In this document: piece by piece, positions 1 through 13,138 of the stretch
Layout of the letters: every line of letters starts with the position of its first letter
Position numbering within the stretch: position 1 is the stretch's first letter
From: the human T2T-CHM13v2.0 reference genome, Homo sapiens
Length of the DNA: 64,000 nt
Direction: 5' to 3' (one strand)
Assembly (NCBI RefSeq): GCF_009914755.1
Contig: NC_060947.1
Made by a program: the position numbers and the translations under genes
The notes under the pieces: model-generated
Databases searched by the model: none
What the model was told of the DNA's origin: nothing
Seen by the model: the letters and a program-made list of their open reading frames with translations, nothing else

Positions 1-2450
1 TCAATTGATGTTGAGAAAGCATTGGATAAAATTCAAAATCCTTTCGTAATAAAAACTCTAAAAAAACTGGGGATGTAAGGAATGTAACTCAACATAATGA
101 AAATCATATATGACAGATTCACAGGTAGTATTATACTTAATAAGGAAAAACTAAAAAACTTTCATATAAGATCTGAAACAAGACAAGAATGTCCATTGTC
201 ACCATTGTTATTTTACATAGTGCTGGAAGTTCTAGCTAGAGCAAACATACACAAGAAACATATAAAGGACATCCAAATTGGAAATGAGCAAGTCAAATTT
301 CTTTGTTTTCAGATGATATTATATATGGAAAATTCTGAAGATTCCACAAGAAAACTACTAGAAGTGATAAACACATTCAGTAAAGTTTCAGGATACAAAA
401 TCAATGTACAAAACTTGGTAGTATTTCTATATGTCAACAGTGAACAATGTGAAAAAGAAATTTAAAAAGTAATCCCATTTAAAATAAGCACACATAAAAT
501 TAAATACCTAGGAATTAATATAACCAAAGAAGTGAAAGATTGTAACTAAAACTATAAAACACTGATGAAAGAAATTGAAGAGGTCACCAAAAAAATGGAG
601 AGATATTCCCTGTTCACGAGTTGAAAGAATCAATCAATATTGTTAAAATGTCCATACTCTATAGATTCAATGCAATCCCTACCAAAATGCCAATGACTTT
701 CTCGCAGAAATAGAGAAAAAAAAAAAACAATTCTAAGATTTATATGGAACCACAAAACACCCAGAAGAACCAAAGGTTTCCTGAGCTAAAAAAAAAAAAA
801 AAAAAAAGAATCACATTACTTGACTTGAAATTATAATGCAAAGCTGTAGTAACCAAAATAGCAAAATAGTACTGGCAAAAAAAACAAAAACAAACAAAAA
901 CAAAAACAAAAACAAAACACATAGACCAATACAATAGAACAGAGAACCCAGGAACAAATTCAAACACCTACAGTGAACTCATTTTCAAGAAAGATGCCAA
1001 GACATACACTGGGGGAAAAGAGAGTATCTTAATAAATGGCCCTGAAGAAACTGCATATCCACATGCAGAAGAATAAAACTAGACCTCTATATCTTTTTGA
1101 TTTAACAAAAATTAAATCAAAATGGATTGAAAACGTAAATCGAAGACCTCAAACGATGAAGTTACTTCAGAAGAACATTGGGGAATATCTCCAGGACATT
1201 GATCTGAGCAAATTTTCTTGAGCAATACTCCACAAACACAAACAAAGCAAAAGTGAACAAATGGGATCACGTCAAGTGAAAGGGCTTCTGCACAGCAAAG
1301 GATACAATCAACAAAATGAAGAGACAACCAAGATAATAGGGGAAAATATTTGCAAATTACACATCTAACAAGGGATGAATAACCAGAATATATAAGAAAC
1401 TCAAACAACTCTATAGAAAAAAACTAATAATGTGATCAAAAAGTGGGCAAAAGATTTAAATAGTTATTTCTAAAAAGAAGACACACAAATGACAAGCAGG
1501 CATTTGAAAAGGTTCTCAACATCATTGATCATCAGAGAAATGCAAATCAAATATACAATGAGATATCATCTCTCCCCAAGTAAAATTGCTTATATCCAAA
1601 ACAGGCAATAAAAAACGCTGGAGAAGATAGAGAGAAAGGAAACCCTTGTACACTGTTAGTGGGAATGTAAATTAGTACAACCACTATGGAGAACAGTTTA
1701 GAGGTTTCTCAAAAAACTAAAAATTGAGCTAACATATGTTCCAGAAATCTCATTTCTGGATACATATGCAAAAGAAAGGAAATCAGTATATCAAAAAGAT
1801 ATCTGCACTCCTATTTTTGTTGCAGCACTGTTTACAATAGCGAAGATTTGGAAGCAACCTGTGTCCATCAAGAGATAAATGGATAAAGAAAATGTGGCAT
1901 ATATATACAATGGAGTACTTATTCAGCCATAAAAAAGAATGAGATCCAGTCATTTGTGAAACATGGGTGGAAGTGGAGATTATTATGTTAACTGAAATAA
2001 GGCAGGCACGGAAAAACATATATTGCATGTTCTCACTTATTTCTATAATTATAAATCAAAACAATTGAACTTGCGAATGTAGAGAGTAGAAGAATGGTTA
2101 CTAGAGGCTGGTAAGAGTAGTGGGGGCCTGTTAGGGGAGGTGGAGATGGTTAATAGTACAAAATGAAACAGAAAGAATGTATGAGCCCTACTATTTGATA
2201 GCGCAACAATGTGACCATAGTCAATAATAACTGAACTTTGCATTTTAAAATAATTTAAAAGAGTGTCATTGGATTGATCTCAACTGAATGGATAAATGCT
2301 TGAGAGGATGGATATCCAATTCTTTATGATCTGCTTATATCACATTATATGCCTGATATGATATGATATATCAAAATACCTCATCTGCCCCATACATGTA
2401 TACATGTACTATGCAACCACAAAAATTAAAAATTAAAAAATTAAAAAATA
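1..2450 (+). mobile_element. LINE-1 3' portion (decayed ORF2 RT/C-terminus plus 3'UTR), L1MA-like; continues off the left edge
   Basis: ORF 97-465 reads as degenerate L1 ORF2 RT ([20 protein letters not shown]; [12 protein letters not shown]). L1MA-type 3'UTR (GGATAAATGCTTGAG..GATGGATA) with an A-rich end near 2420-2450. Confidence 0.93.
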
Positions 2451-2555
2451 TACAAAAATCATCACCACTGAATAACTTTTTTTGTTTTAGACCCTTAATT
2501 TTTTTATTGCTAGTGTTTTTTACATGTGTTATATAAAATTATTTATTTGTTTAAT

Positions 2556-2850
2556 ATTTTATTTTATTTTATTTTTGAGACGGAGTCTCAGTCTTTCACC
2601 CAGGCTGGAGTACAGTGGTGCAATCTCGGCTCACTGAAACCTCTGTTTCCTGGGTTCAAGAGATTCTCCTGCCTCAGTCTACTGAGTAGCTGAGATTACA
2701 GGCGCCTGCCACCACGCCCAATTAATGTTGAGTAGAGACAGGGTTTCACCATGTAGGCCAGGCTGGTCTTGAACTCCTGACCTCAGATGATCCACCCGCC
2801 TTGGACTCCCAAAGTGGTGCGATTACAGGCATGATTGACCGCACCTGGCT
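2556..2850 (-). mobile_element. Alu (AluS-like)
   Basis: T-rich tail followed by GAGACGGAGTCTC...CTCCTGACCTCAGATGATCC...GCACCTGGCT, i.e. a dimeric Alu in reverse complement. Confidence 0.95.
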
Positions 2851-2869
2851 GTGTTTAGCTTTTTAAATA

Positions 2870-3160
2870 TGTCTTCCCTTTTGAATGTAATCTGCATTGT
2901 ATGTGACTAGCAGAGTTTTTGGCATATAAAAGGCTCTATATATTTGTTGCTCATGACTTAGCTAAAATATTATTACCTCGAGTGACCCTTTTTAAAATTC
3001 TCACACACTCTCAATATAAAATTATATTATTTATTGTTTTATTTTCTATTTATTACCACTTGAAAGTACCTTCCATGAGGGAAGGTACATTGTAGTAGTT
3101 AATATTTTTGTATGATCAAATAAGTAAATTATTTTTATGAAGGAATGCATGCATGTATGA
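2870..3160. mobile_element. Highly decayed L2 3'-end fragments
   Basis: Motifs resemble the L2 tail (..TTCCATGAGGG.., GGCATATA..GGCTC..ATATTTGTTG). The match is weak. Confidence 0.4.
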
Positions 3161-3915
3161 GCATGTCCTAGGGAAAATAGGAGGTACTATATGTTATCCT
3201 ATAAAATATGTTTTAAGCCTTCTATATTGTCTCTGATTTATTCTGTTTGGCCTTTAAATTCATTATAATCAAACTTAATAATAGTTTCCTAAAATAAACC
3301 TTTTTGACAATAATTTTTATAATAAGAGTTTTAGTTCTTCAGCGTAAAGCTTCCACACTACTATCTATTGCATTCTGCATTTCAAAGCTTCTGTGTGGCA
3401 ACAATCACTGCCCTTTATTTGCCACCTTCCTTTCTAGGTAATTTGTATCCTAGTCTGATATTATCATTATATGCCATTTTTTTCTATTTAAGGGTTGCTC
3501 AACATTAAATCCTGCTTCTGTTAGTCTATTTATCCTTTCCTTCTCCTACTTATACTGTTGATGACATGGACTACTTTCAAGAGTTTTTACTTACACATAA
3601 TTGAAATTCATTTGGCCCTTACAAACAACTAAAAAAGTTCTAAATTTCACCGTACAAGTATTATGTACTCTGTTTACTAACGAAAAAATTAAGAACCCAT
3701 CCTCCAAAATTATTTCAATGTCACACATCCCATGAGAATTCAAGAAAATTCATATCTCCACTTAAGGGCAATTATCAATATACATAATTTCATAATGCTT
3801 TGCATCAGTTAAAATGGACTAAAAGTCTTGAAAGTTGGAAGTTATGCTGGGAATTGCAGGCCCTTTTAGTTCAGGAAGATATTTCATGCTGTGGAGCTTT
3901 TGATATTCCTCATAT

Positions 3916-5279
3916 TGAGAGGTAACAGCGTGCTGGCAGTCCTCAGAGCCCTCGCTTGCTCTCGGCACCTCCCCTGCCTGGGATCCCACTTTGGCGGCAT
4001 TTGAGGAGCCCCTCAGCCCCCACTGCACTGTGGGAGCCCCTTTCTGGGCTGGCCAAGGCCAGAGCCCACTCCCTCAGCTTGCAGGGAGGTGTGGAGGGAG
4101 AGGCGCGAGTGGGAACCGGGGCTGCGTGCGGTGCTTGCGGGCCAGCTGGAGTTCCGGGTGGGCATGGACTTGGTGGGCCCCGCACTCGGAGCAGCCAGCC
4201 AGCCCTGCTGGCCCCGGGCACTGGGGAACTTAGCACCCGGGCCAGTGGCTGCGGAGGGCGTACTGGGTACCCCAGCAGTGCTGGCCCACCGGCGCTGCGC
4301 TCGATTTCTCGCCGGGCCTTAGCTGCCTTCCCGCGGGGCAGGGCTCGGGACCTGCAGCCTGCCATGCCTGAGCCTCCCACCCACTCCATGGGCTCCTGTG
4401 CGGCCAGAGCCTCCCCGACGAGCACCACCCCCTGCTCCACGGCGCCCAGTCCCATCGACCACCCAAGGGCTGAGGAATGCGAGCGCACGGCGCAGGACTG
4501 GCAGGCAGCTCCACCTGCAGCCCCAGTGCGGGATCCACTAGGTGAAGCCAGCTGGGCTCCTGAGTCTGGTGGAGACGTGGAGAGTCTTTATATCTAGCTC
4601 AGGGATTGTAAATATACCAATCAGCACCCTGTGTTTAGCTCAAGGTTTGTGAGTGCACCAATCGACACTCTGTATCTAGCTGCTCTGGTGGGGCCTTGGA
4701 GAACCTTTGTGTGGAAACTCTGTATCTAACTAATCTGATGGGGATGTGGAGAACCTTTGTATCTAGCTCAGGGATTGTAAACGCACCAATCAGCACCCTG
4801 ACAAAACAGGCCAGTCGGCTCTACCAATCAGCAGGATGTGGGTGGGGCCAGATAAGAGAATAAAAGCAGGCTGCCCCAGCCAGCGTTGGTAACCTGAAGC
4901 CTTGTTCTTTCGCTCTTTGCCATAAATCTTGCTACTGCTCACTCTTTGGGTCCACGCTGCTTTTATGAGCTGTAACACTCACCGCGAAAATCTGCAGCTT
5001 CACTCCTGAGCCCAGCGAGACCACGAGCCCACCGGTAGGAATGAACAACTCCAGACGCGCTGCCTTAAGAGCTGTAACGCTCACCGCCAAGGTCTGCAGC
5101 TTCACTGCTGAGCCAGCGAGACTACGAACCCACCAGAAGGAAGAAACTCTGAACACATCTGAACATCAGAAGGGACAGACTCCAGACGTGCCACCTTAAG
5201 AGCTGTAACACTCACCGCGAGGGTCCGCGGCTTCATTCTTGAAGTCAGTGAGACCAAGAGCCCACCAATTCTGGACACA
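3916..5279 (+). mobile_element. LTR12C (ERV9/HERV9) solo LTR
   Basis: Starts TGAGAGGTAACAGCGTGCTGGCAGTCCTCAGAGCCC and ends CCAATTCTGGACACA. Perfect 4-bp TSD ATAT (3912-3915, 5280-5283). GC/CpG-rich U3 and typical U5 repeats (GAGCTGTAACACTCACCGC). Confidence 0.96.
4610..4890 (+). promoter_or_regulatory. LTR12C enhancer/core promoter: four CCAAT boxes, GT-box, GATA site and TATA-like AATAAA
   Basis: CCAAT at 4617, 4658, 4786 and 4824; GGGTGGGG near 4840; AGATAA at 4850; AATAAA at 4859-4864. This matches the known ERV9 LTR promoter layout. Activity is not shown. Confidence 0.7.
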
Positions 5280-5459
5280 ATATATTTTGGTATTCCTCAT
5301 ATTTGGTGGATTAGAAAATAAGACTAGCCTTTTATAAATGATATGCCTGAAGATTTGTTTTAGGATTTAAATGGTTTCTGGGCACTTTGAGGAAGGTTGG
5401 AAACTGTAGAAAAATTTGTCTTTCTTCTAGTTCTTGGCAATAAGTCTCTTTCTCTAAGG

Positions 5460-5542
5460 AGAAGTTACTTAAAATATTTTGTGCTGTACACCTCTTTGGA
5501 ATTTGGGTAAATCTCATGGAACTCTTATCAGAATAATGTTTT
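5460..5542 (+). mobile_element. hAT-Charlie non-autonomous DNA transposon (MER119-like), left part
   Basis: Degenerate TIR (GAAGTTACTTAA) leading to ..CAGAATAATGTTTT. Interrupted by the provirus and resumes at about 13139. Confidence 0.6.
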
Positions 5543-6030
5543 TGTGAAAGAAAAATAAATTTGGGGATCTAAAAATCACTAAGCTAAAAAAAAAAGCCAA
5601 GCTTGGAACTGCTTAGGGCAAACCTGCGTCACGTTTTGTTCAAAGTTACCCCTCTGCTCACTGAGGTAAATGTATATTTGATTACCTCCTTTGGAGAGGC
5701 TGATCAGAAACCGTCCCAAAGTGCAATCATTTGTCTCTTGTCTACCTATGACCTGGAAGCCCCGTCCCCATTTCAAGTTTCCTGACTTTACTTCAAGTTG
5801 TCCTGCCTTTCCAGACCAAACTGAAAAGTCTGTCTAAAAATGTTCATCTTACATATGTTGATTGATGTCTCATTTCTCCCTAAAGTATATAAAACCAAAC
5901 TGTGCTCTGATCACCTTGGGAATATGTTGTCAGGATATCCTGAGGCTGTGTCATGGGCAAACATCCTCAACCTTGGCAAAATAAACTTTCTAAATTAACT
6001 GAGACCTGCCTCAGATATTCAGAGTTCACA
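5543..6030 (+). repeat. 5' LTR (MER4A-like)
   Basis: TGTGAAAGAAAAATAAAT...AAATCACTAAGCT...AATAAACTTTCTAAATTAAC...GTTCACA; direct repeat of 12667-13138. Confidence 0.9.
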
Positions 6031-6033
6031 TTT

Positions 6034-6052
6034 TGGTAACCATAAGGGATTC
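6034..6052 (+). other. Degenerate primer-binding site, tRNA-Arg-like
   Basis: TGGTAACCATAAGGGATTC lies immediately after the 5' LTR and resembles TGGCGACCACGAAGGGAC with CpG decay. Confidence 0.65.
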
Positions 6053-9000
6053 TCAGTGGAGTTGCCTCTGACCTTTGTCATATCTCCTGTTGGTGCTTGG
6101 TACCAGCATGAGTTAAATTTATGGCTCAAACCAATAGGACAATTTGCTGAGGTCTGTGAGCACCCCCTCCAGAGAATCCCTTATCTCCCCAAATTTGGTC
6201 AACATCTAACATTTATTTTGCTCTACAACTCCTGTTTTTTTTGAGCTTTACTTGCATGCAACAAGGAAGACAAGATTTCCTGCTTCCGTGATGATCAAAA
6301 GCAGGTAAATCCTTTATATAGTTTGAGCTCACTCCCAGCAGGGAAGATGAGTTTGAGTTTTTCCTGCTTCTAGGATGAGAGAGAGCAGTCTTCAGCCTGA
6401 GACCCATCCTTAGGTAATTAGCTCAATTAGGGTTTTGTCTTGGCTAAAGTTTAACAACCAGCCCAGCTTAACTTCTTCCTACCATTAGAGCACTCAGTGA
6501 TTATACTGTTGGGTTTTTTGTTGTTGTTGTTTGTTCCAGTCTTTCTCCCATTGGATTTGACCAACTCTTCCCGACTAGGTCAAATTCAAGTGAGAATTCC
6601 AAATTATGGGTAACAAAGCCTCTCTAATTTGGCTAAAATGTCTCACAGCTGCAAAATAGGGAAAACAACTCCAAAAAACAAAACAAAACAAAAACCCCAT
6701 GGACTTGGTTTCTGTGTTTTCTTCCTGTCTTAAAAAAAAAAAAAAGTTATTTTATTTACTTTTCTTTCAGCCTATACCTCCTTTCTCCTTTGCATCTGCA
6801 GTACCAAAAAATCTAGAGAAAGTTTCTAATGACTTGAACCCCTTTAAAAAATTCAGAACAAAGACACCACTCATTCCTTTTGGGTGTTCTGTTTTCCTTG
6901 TGGAGTTTCAAGAGTCATGGACACATTCTTCTTAGGGCGAAAGCTGTTTTTCTGTGTTGCATGACCTTACCTCTTTGGCTTTGGGGGTACCAGAGATGAC
7001 TTTGTACTGTGAGAAGATTTGATCTTGGCCTGTGTAATGGCAGATGAGAGCTACAAAGTTAGGGGTAGCTGAGCATAGTATACAGGAATTGGTCTCGGCT
7101 ATTTTTTTTATTTTAATTTTAAGAAGTTGTAGTTTAAAGATCCTAATTCTAGTTCAGAGATGAATTCTATAAGGTCTTCTCTATTGCTTTTTCTCCCAAA
7201 ATTAATCCTGATTTGACTTGTCTGCTCATTTGCATGATAAAGTGAACTGCTCTTTTCATAGGCAAATGACAGACTGAGTTTTCTCAGCTCCAGAAAGAAA
7301 GAGCAGTTTGCTCTTTCTAGCTTAAAGGTATCCCTGGGTGACGAGGGCCTTGTGAGAGTGTCTGGAAGTTGACCTGCTGTGACATGCAGCAGCCCTACAG
7401 AAAAATCCCCAACAAAAATTAATTAAAACAAAAAGGCTTATCCAGGGAATGCATGTAAGTGCTGGTCACCTGTTGTTTTGAGCCCTCTCAGAGGTCATAT
7501 ATCTCTGGAGAGAGGCACTGAGACATATTTTAAGAGGTTAAAAATGACTCAGTGGTGACATAATGTGGAGTCCTGCACACAAGCAGCACACATCTACCCA
7601 CCAGAAAAAAACCCTAGGCCACAGCTCAGTTCCTTCTTTTAAGAAAAAGAAGTGGGAAACGATCTAAGAATGAGGAGAAAGCAAAGTGAATGACCCCCTT
7701 GTGAGCACTCTGTAGGTTTTATGGCACCTCTACTTGCCAGAGCTTATGTGAAATGGAAGTAATATGTTCTTTATGCACATTTACATTAAGGAAAACGAGC
7801 CCTAAGGATGACCTGCAAACTACAGAGTTCCCAAGTCCTCTTTTTCTCTATTTTTTTTTCTTCTTGCTTTAAAACTGCTATTTTTCTATTAAGATAAAAA
7901 CTGCTGTTTGGATTTAACAGGTTTTCTTTTTTTTTTTTTTTCATGCTGATGAATTTGTATTTACCTCATGGCTACAGTTCTGAAGTAAAAGTTATAGGAT
8001 CTTTGTATGTGTGTGTATATGGATGTGTGTTTATATTTAAGAGGCATTTATAATTTCTATAATTTTATGTTCAATTGTCAATTAAGTCCATTTGAATTTC
8101 CCTCGAGCACACCAAACTTTTTCTCTCTGTACCTTAGGATGTAAATTTTGCTATTTGATTCTCACCTTAGTTATTTCCTTTAATATGCAAATTTAAGGCT
8201 ATTCAGCTGAAAATTGTCTAAGGTTTTGGAACTGTTTATCAAAAATTTAAAAGTCTAAGATAGGGAAAAAAATTTTATGAATCTATAAGATGTACTTCTA
8301 TTGGTATGCCTAATATGTCTATGTATATATGTGTTTTGTACCCAATGTTTTATTACTGAAAATATATAAAGAGCTCTAATTAATTAATTGGCTTAAGAAA
8401 ATAAAAGTGGTTGAATCAAATACTTTGTCAGGAAAAAAGAAAATACTAGTCGGATGCTTTTTCGAGTTTATGTAACAAGTAAAATCTTTAAGAAATAAGC
8501 TAGGTTTAAAATTATTGTTAAAGTAATATTAGAAATGTCTTAATGGCTAGCATACATTTTTGTTTGCATTTTTTAATCAACCATTTTTATACTTATCTCT
8601 GCCAAATACTATAAGGTGTTAAAATTTGAAATACGGGTTAAAAAGAATGATTTTTGCTTGTGCAATCTTTAATAAATAATACATTGATATTGGTTTAATG
8701 AAAACAGCTGCATCTTGAATTTAATAAGATTACTATAACTTCTAATTCTGTGGCTTTAGGCGGTCTAGTCCACAGGCAGTAAGGTTTGTTTTTGGAATGG
8801 ACTGTTATCATCTTTGTTTCAAAGCTAAAATATATAATAAGTTTCTTCCAAAGTTAGTTTGGCCTATGATCATGAATGAACAAGGACAGCTTGAAAGTTG
8901 GAAGCCAGATGTCTCAGTTATAATTTTGCAATGGCAGTTTCATAAGTTCAGCTTTCATTAATAATTTAGATAATTAAAATAAAATAATTAGATAAATGTA

Positions 9001-12000
9001 ATAAGATAAATACTTGTAGACAAACTGATCATAATTTAGAATCAAAAGCTACATTAAATTAAATGAGAGATATTTCATTGTGTATTTTCCAATAACATTT
9101 GTAGAAAAATATTTTTTTCTAAAAAAACTGTGTCTCTTTAGAAAATGTGAGCAATTTTTTTTCTAATTTAAAGCTTATTTTAAGATTATGAAGTAAGGTA
9201 GAAGGAACCAGGAGACAGCAGAGATATAAGAAAGTTATAAAAATAGAGAGATAGGGTTTTTTTTCTTTTGATAAGAAAGCTTAAAGAGAAATAATTTTAT
9301 ATGAGAAAGAAATCTTGTATGGTAAATTTAGTATTAGAATAATATGACTGGTTGTTTAAGAAAGAGAGATGTTCAGGACAAACCAGAAATTCCAAGCATG
9401 CATGAACAGTCTCTGTAACTCAAAATAGGAGGATTTATATAAAAAATGTAAAATCTTTCATATAGTCAGGTTGTCTATGATTAAAGAGTAATTATAATAG
9501 TCTTTCTAGTGATTGGGCTTCATGTAAAAAAACACTTATACACAAAATAATTGGTTAGAACAATAAAATTTTCTTAAGGGATTGATTTATTTGTAATAAA
9601 TTATGAGAAATTTAATTGTTTTAACTCAAAGTTCAACTTTTATTGTATCTCACCATTTTCAGTTTTCTCTCCCCTTTTAAAGGGTGAGAAATCGTAACAC
9701 TCTCCAACTGATTTTTCAGCTCATATAAGTTTTTTCCTCAAGTTCCTTTTCTTGTGGCCTGATGCTAACAATATTTTCTTAAAGGTATGAAGAAAATATT
9801 TTTTTTTCCAGCATAATATTATGTGCAGTGCAGAAGGTCTTTTCTTTTGCCTTTTGGTAACTGGCCTAATAGATTTTACAATTTATTGAAAAAAGTCCTA
9901 TGCCATTATTATTAAGTTTTGCTTTGCTTAGGAAAAACAACTGAGATTAAAATTTTTTTAAATAAAATTACAGTTATTACATCCATTTATTTTCCTTTGT
10001 GGGCTTTTAAAGTCCTTGTGACACTGAGTTACAATGCTTTGACTCCTGGGTCTAAAAAAGATATCAAGTCCTGCGGAATCTTAAACACTGACAGCAATTG
10101 AAGCCTCGTCATCAGGGCTGGTAGAAGATGTTGATCAAAATAAACTGTATTTCTGAGACACAAGGCCAGAAATTAAAGCTATTCAACTCCTCAAGTTCCA
10201 AGGACTATCATGGAAGGGGTGGGCATGTGAGATTGTAAGGGCTTGTTTTGAGGGATAAAATAAGTTCAGTTTCTCTATAAATGAATCATGAATGTCAAAG
10301 GCACACTAATGCAAGACCAGCATATGGCCCCTGTGTCAGATTAACAAGGTTTTCTAAAAACATTAACCGATTCTTTAATAAAGATTATAAAAGGCTTATG
10401 GAAGTTATATCTTAAGGTTAAGATTAAAATTTTATAGATTGTCTGTAAATTTTCAAAAACAAATTTAATTGGCTTTATGCTTTTTTTCATTAGGGCTTAC
10501 TGTTTGGAAAATTAAGTCTCATTTCTCAAAGAATGAAAGTTTTGCCTTTTTTAAAAAACTCAAGTTATCACTTGTGAAATGATTATCTTATTTTAAAATA
10601 ACCTATGATATCAAGTGTTTTAAACCTTTGATATTTGACAAACGTTCCAAAACAAAATTATAAACTATGCCTTTTCTGATCTAATTAATCCTTTAAGATA
10701 TTAGTTTCCCTAAAGTTCAAAAATGACATACTTTTGGCTTACTTGGTATAAAAATTATACAGGAAACATTGCCAAATACGAAATGGTGTTTGGTTTCCTT
10801 TTGGCTGTATTTGTATAAATATGTTATTGGCATGTGTTCCAAAATTATGTGAAACTCCTACAATTCTCATATGACTTAGCATTATAACAAATTTCCTTGT
10901 CAATTGTGTCTTTCTCTATGGCTGCCCTAAAACTTTTTGTCATCCATGGACAATTGTTGTCTTATTTTGGTCCTCTTTAAAAGGTGGTTATATAATCAGC
11001 TATAAAACTCTAACAGGTGCTCTCAGATGCAGGTTTCTGATAACTTTGGAGATTGTGACATCAGAATAGAATAAAAACATTGTCAAATACGAAATGGTGT
11101 TTGGTTTATTTTTGGCTGTATTTATATAAATATGTTATTGGTATGTGTTCCAAAATTATGTGAAACTCCTGTAATTCTCATATGACTTAGCATTATCAGT
11201 AATAATTATAATTATTGTGTTAAATTATTGTGTGCCTCAGACATAGTAAATGTCCTTGTCAATTGTGTCTTTCACTATGGCTGCCCTAAAACTGAAGTCT
11301 TCATGAATATCAAGCAGAACAGAAATTAACTACATGGATTGAACTAATAGAAGACTGAAGTAATGTTTTTGACTTTTTGCTTGAAATGTTGCTGATAGTT
11401 GGTTTTGTTTTTTCAGAGTCAAAAGTAACTTTTCTTTGGAGCTATTGACAGATTTTAATGATTTAGTATACTCTTATGAACAAAAGTTAGAACATACTTG
11501 TTTCACTCTACCTGACTTCTCCAAAATTTGGAAACTCTTCATGAGTATTCTTAACCTATGGCAATACAGTTATTTGCATAAGTACAGTAAGAATCTGCTT
11601 TTATTTATAACAGGCCACAATTGGAAAAACTGGTTATTTTACCAAGGCTTTGACTGAAATGGTGCATTCTCCTTTAAGGAATTGAACTTGTTTTATGGAG
11701 CAAATAAAACCCCTTGGGAAAACTGGCCTCATATCTTTGTTTACACAGTTCCTGTACAGGGTTAAAGACCTGTGGTAAGTAAAGAATGTCACTTTCTGAC
11801 AAGCCCAGGATCCCCCAGTTTATCTTGGAACCTCAAGAGTAGAGGAATTCACCCAAGTCATAGATATTTGACTGTACAAATCCATGGCTGGGCTTGGATT
11901 TAAAAAAGTCTTATCTGAGATTGTTCTATAGAACAAAGTTCCATCAAAGCCAATTTAAAGCCTATATAAAAATAATTATTATTGCTGCACTGTATGCAAA

Positions 12001-12666
12001 TAAGCCTAGTATAATAGAGCAAATCAGTACTACCATGATTTTTCTTTAGTAAACATGAGAAACTGGAAAGAGAAAAATTATGTTTCAAAAGCTATAGTAC
12101 ACCTGTTTTTAGATTCAAGTATTGCCTAATGTTTTTCAATTTTTATTACTTTCTACAGTTTGGACTGAATTTTAACTATTCTTGGCTACAAGTCTTCATA
12201 ATAATGTTTTCAATTATTTCCTTCTTCTTATCCCCATTTTTCCTATTTTGGAATCACTGAAAACTAAGCTATGCTTTCTGAAAGCCCTGAAAACTGAAGC
12301 TAGACAGCTTAAACTTCAGAAGAGAATAACAGAAACCTATTTACATGCATAAACCACTTTCATGCCTTCCTACTGATGTATGGACGTCAGAGTAATGTGA
12401 CCTATATTGATTTTCCAGGATTGTTCTTTTGTTTGTGGTTGTTTTTCTCCCTACCTCTTCTTGTTTTATCTTCAAAGAACATGAGACTTCCCAACCTGCT
12501 TAAAAATGAGCTTTCCTAATAACTTGGGATCTACCTGTCTAGGAATAAACACACTAACTACGAGAGATCAGATATAATCTGAGTCCAGAGACTCTTTTCT
12601 TCTAAAATGCTTTCTCTGAAACGTTTTTAAAAAGAAAAGGCGGGGTGGCGGGGAGTGGGGGAGGAA

Positions 12667-13138
12667 TGTGAAAGGAAATTAAATCTTGAGGACCCCAAAT
12701 CACTAAGCTGAAGGGAAAAGTCTAAGTGGAAACTGCTTAGGGCAAACTTGCCTCCCATTCTATTCAAAGTCACCCCTATGCTCACTGAGATAAATGCATA
12801 TCTGATTGCCACCTTTTGAACAGGTAATCAGAGACTCAAAAAAATGCAACATTTTTTTTTCTTATCTACCTATGGGCTGGAAGCCCCATCTCTGATTTCA
12901 GTTTCCCTCCTTTGCTTCGAGTTGTCCTGACTTTCTGGACTGAACCAATGTTCATCTTACATATGTTGATTGATGTCTCATGTCCCCCTATAATGTATAG
13001 AACCAAACTGTGCTCTGACTACCTTGGGCAAGTGTTGTCAGGACCTCATGAGATTGTGTCATGGGTACACATCCTTAACCTTGACGAAATAAAGTTTCTA
13101 AATTAACCAAGACCTGTCTCAGATATTTGGGTTTCACA
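12667..13138 (+). repeat. 3' LTR (MER4A-like) preceded by a polypurine tract
   Basis: TGTGAAAGGAAATTAAATC...GTTTCACA. Upstream tract AAAAAGAAAAGGCGGGGTGGCGGGGAGTGGGGGAGGAA. Confidence 0.9.

Larger units (their letters stand above)
5543..13138 (+). mobile_element. ERV1 MER4-group provirus (MER4A-like LTRs plus AT-rich non-coding MER4-int)
   Basis: Two homologous LTRs with TG...CA ends (5543-6030, 12667-13138), a PBS after the 5' LTR and a purine tract before the 3' LTR. No gag/pol/env ORF remains. Confidence 0.9.

Noticed and set aside
3066-3088. 9-bp hairpin GTACCTTCC-ATGAG-GGAAGGTAC
   Set aside because: Short enough to arise by chance in 64 kb. It sits in an L2-like remnant and has no terminator meaning in a mammalian genome.
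3943-4597. Overlapping 181-aa and 213-aa ORFs
   Set aside because: They lie inside the GC-rich U3 of LTR12C, where stop codons are rare on both strands, and encode Pro/Ala/Gly-rich low-complexity translations.
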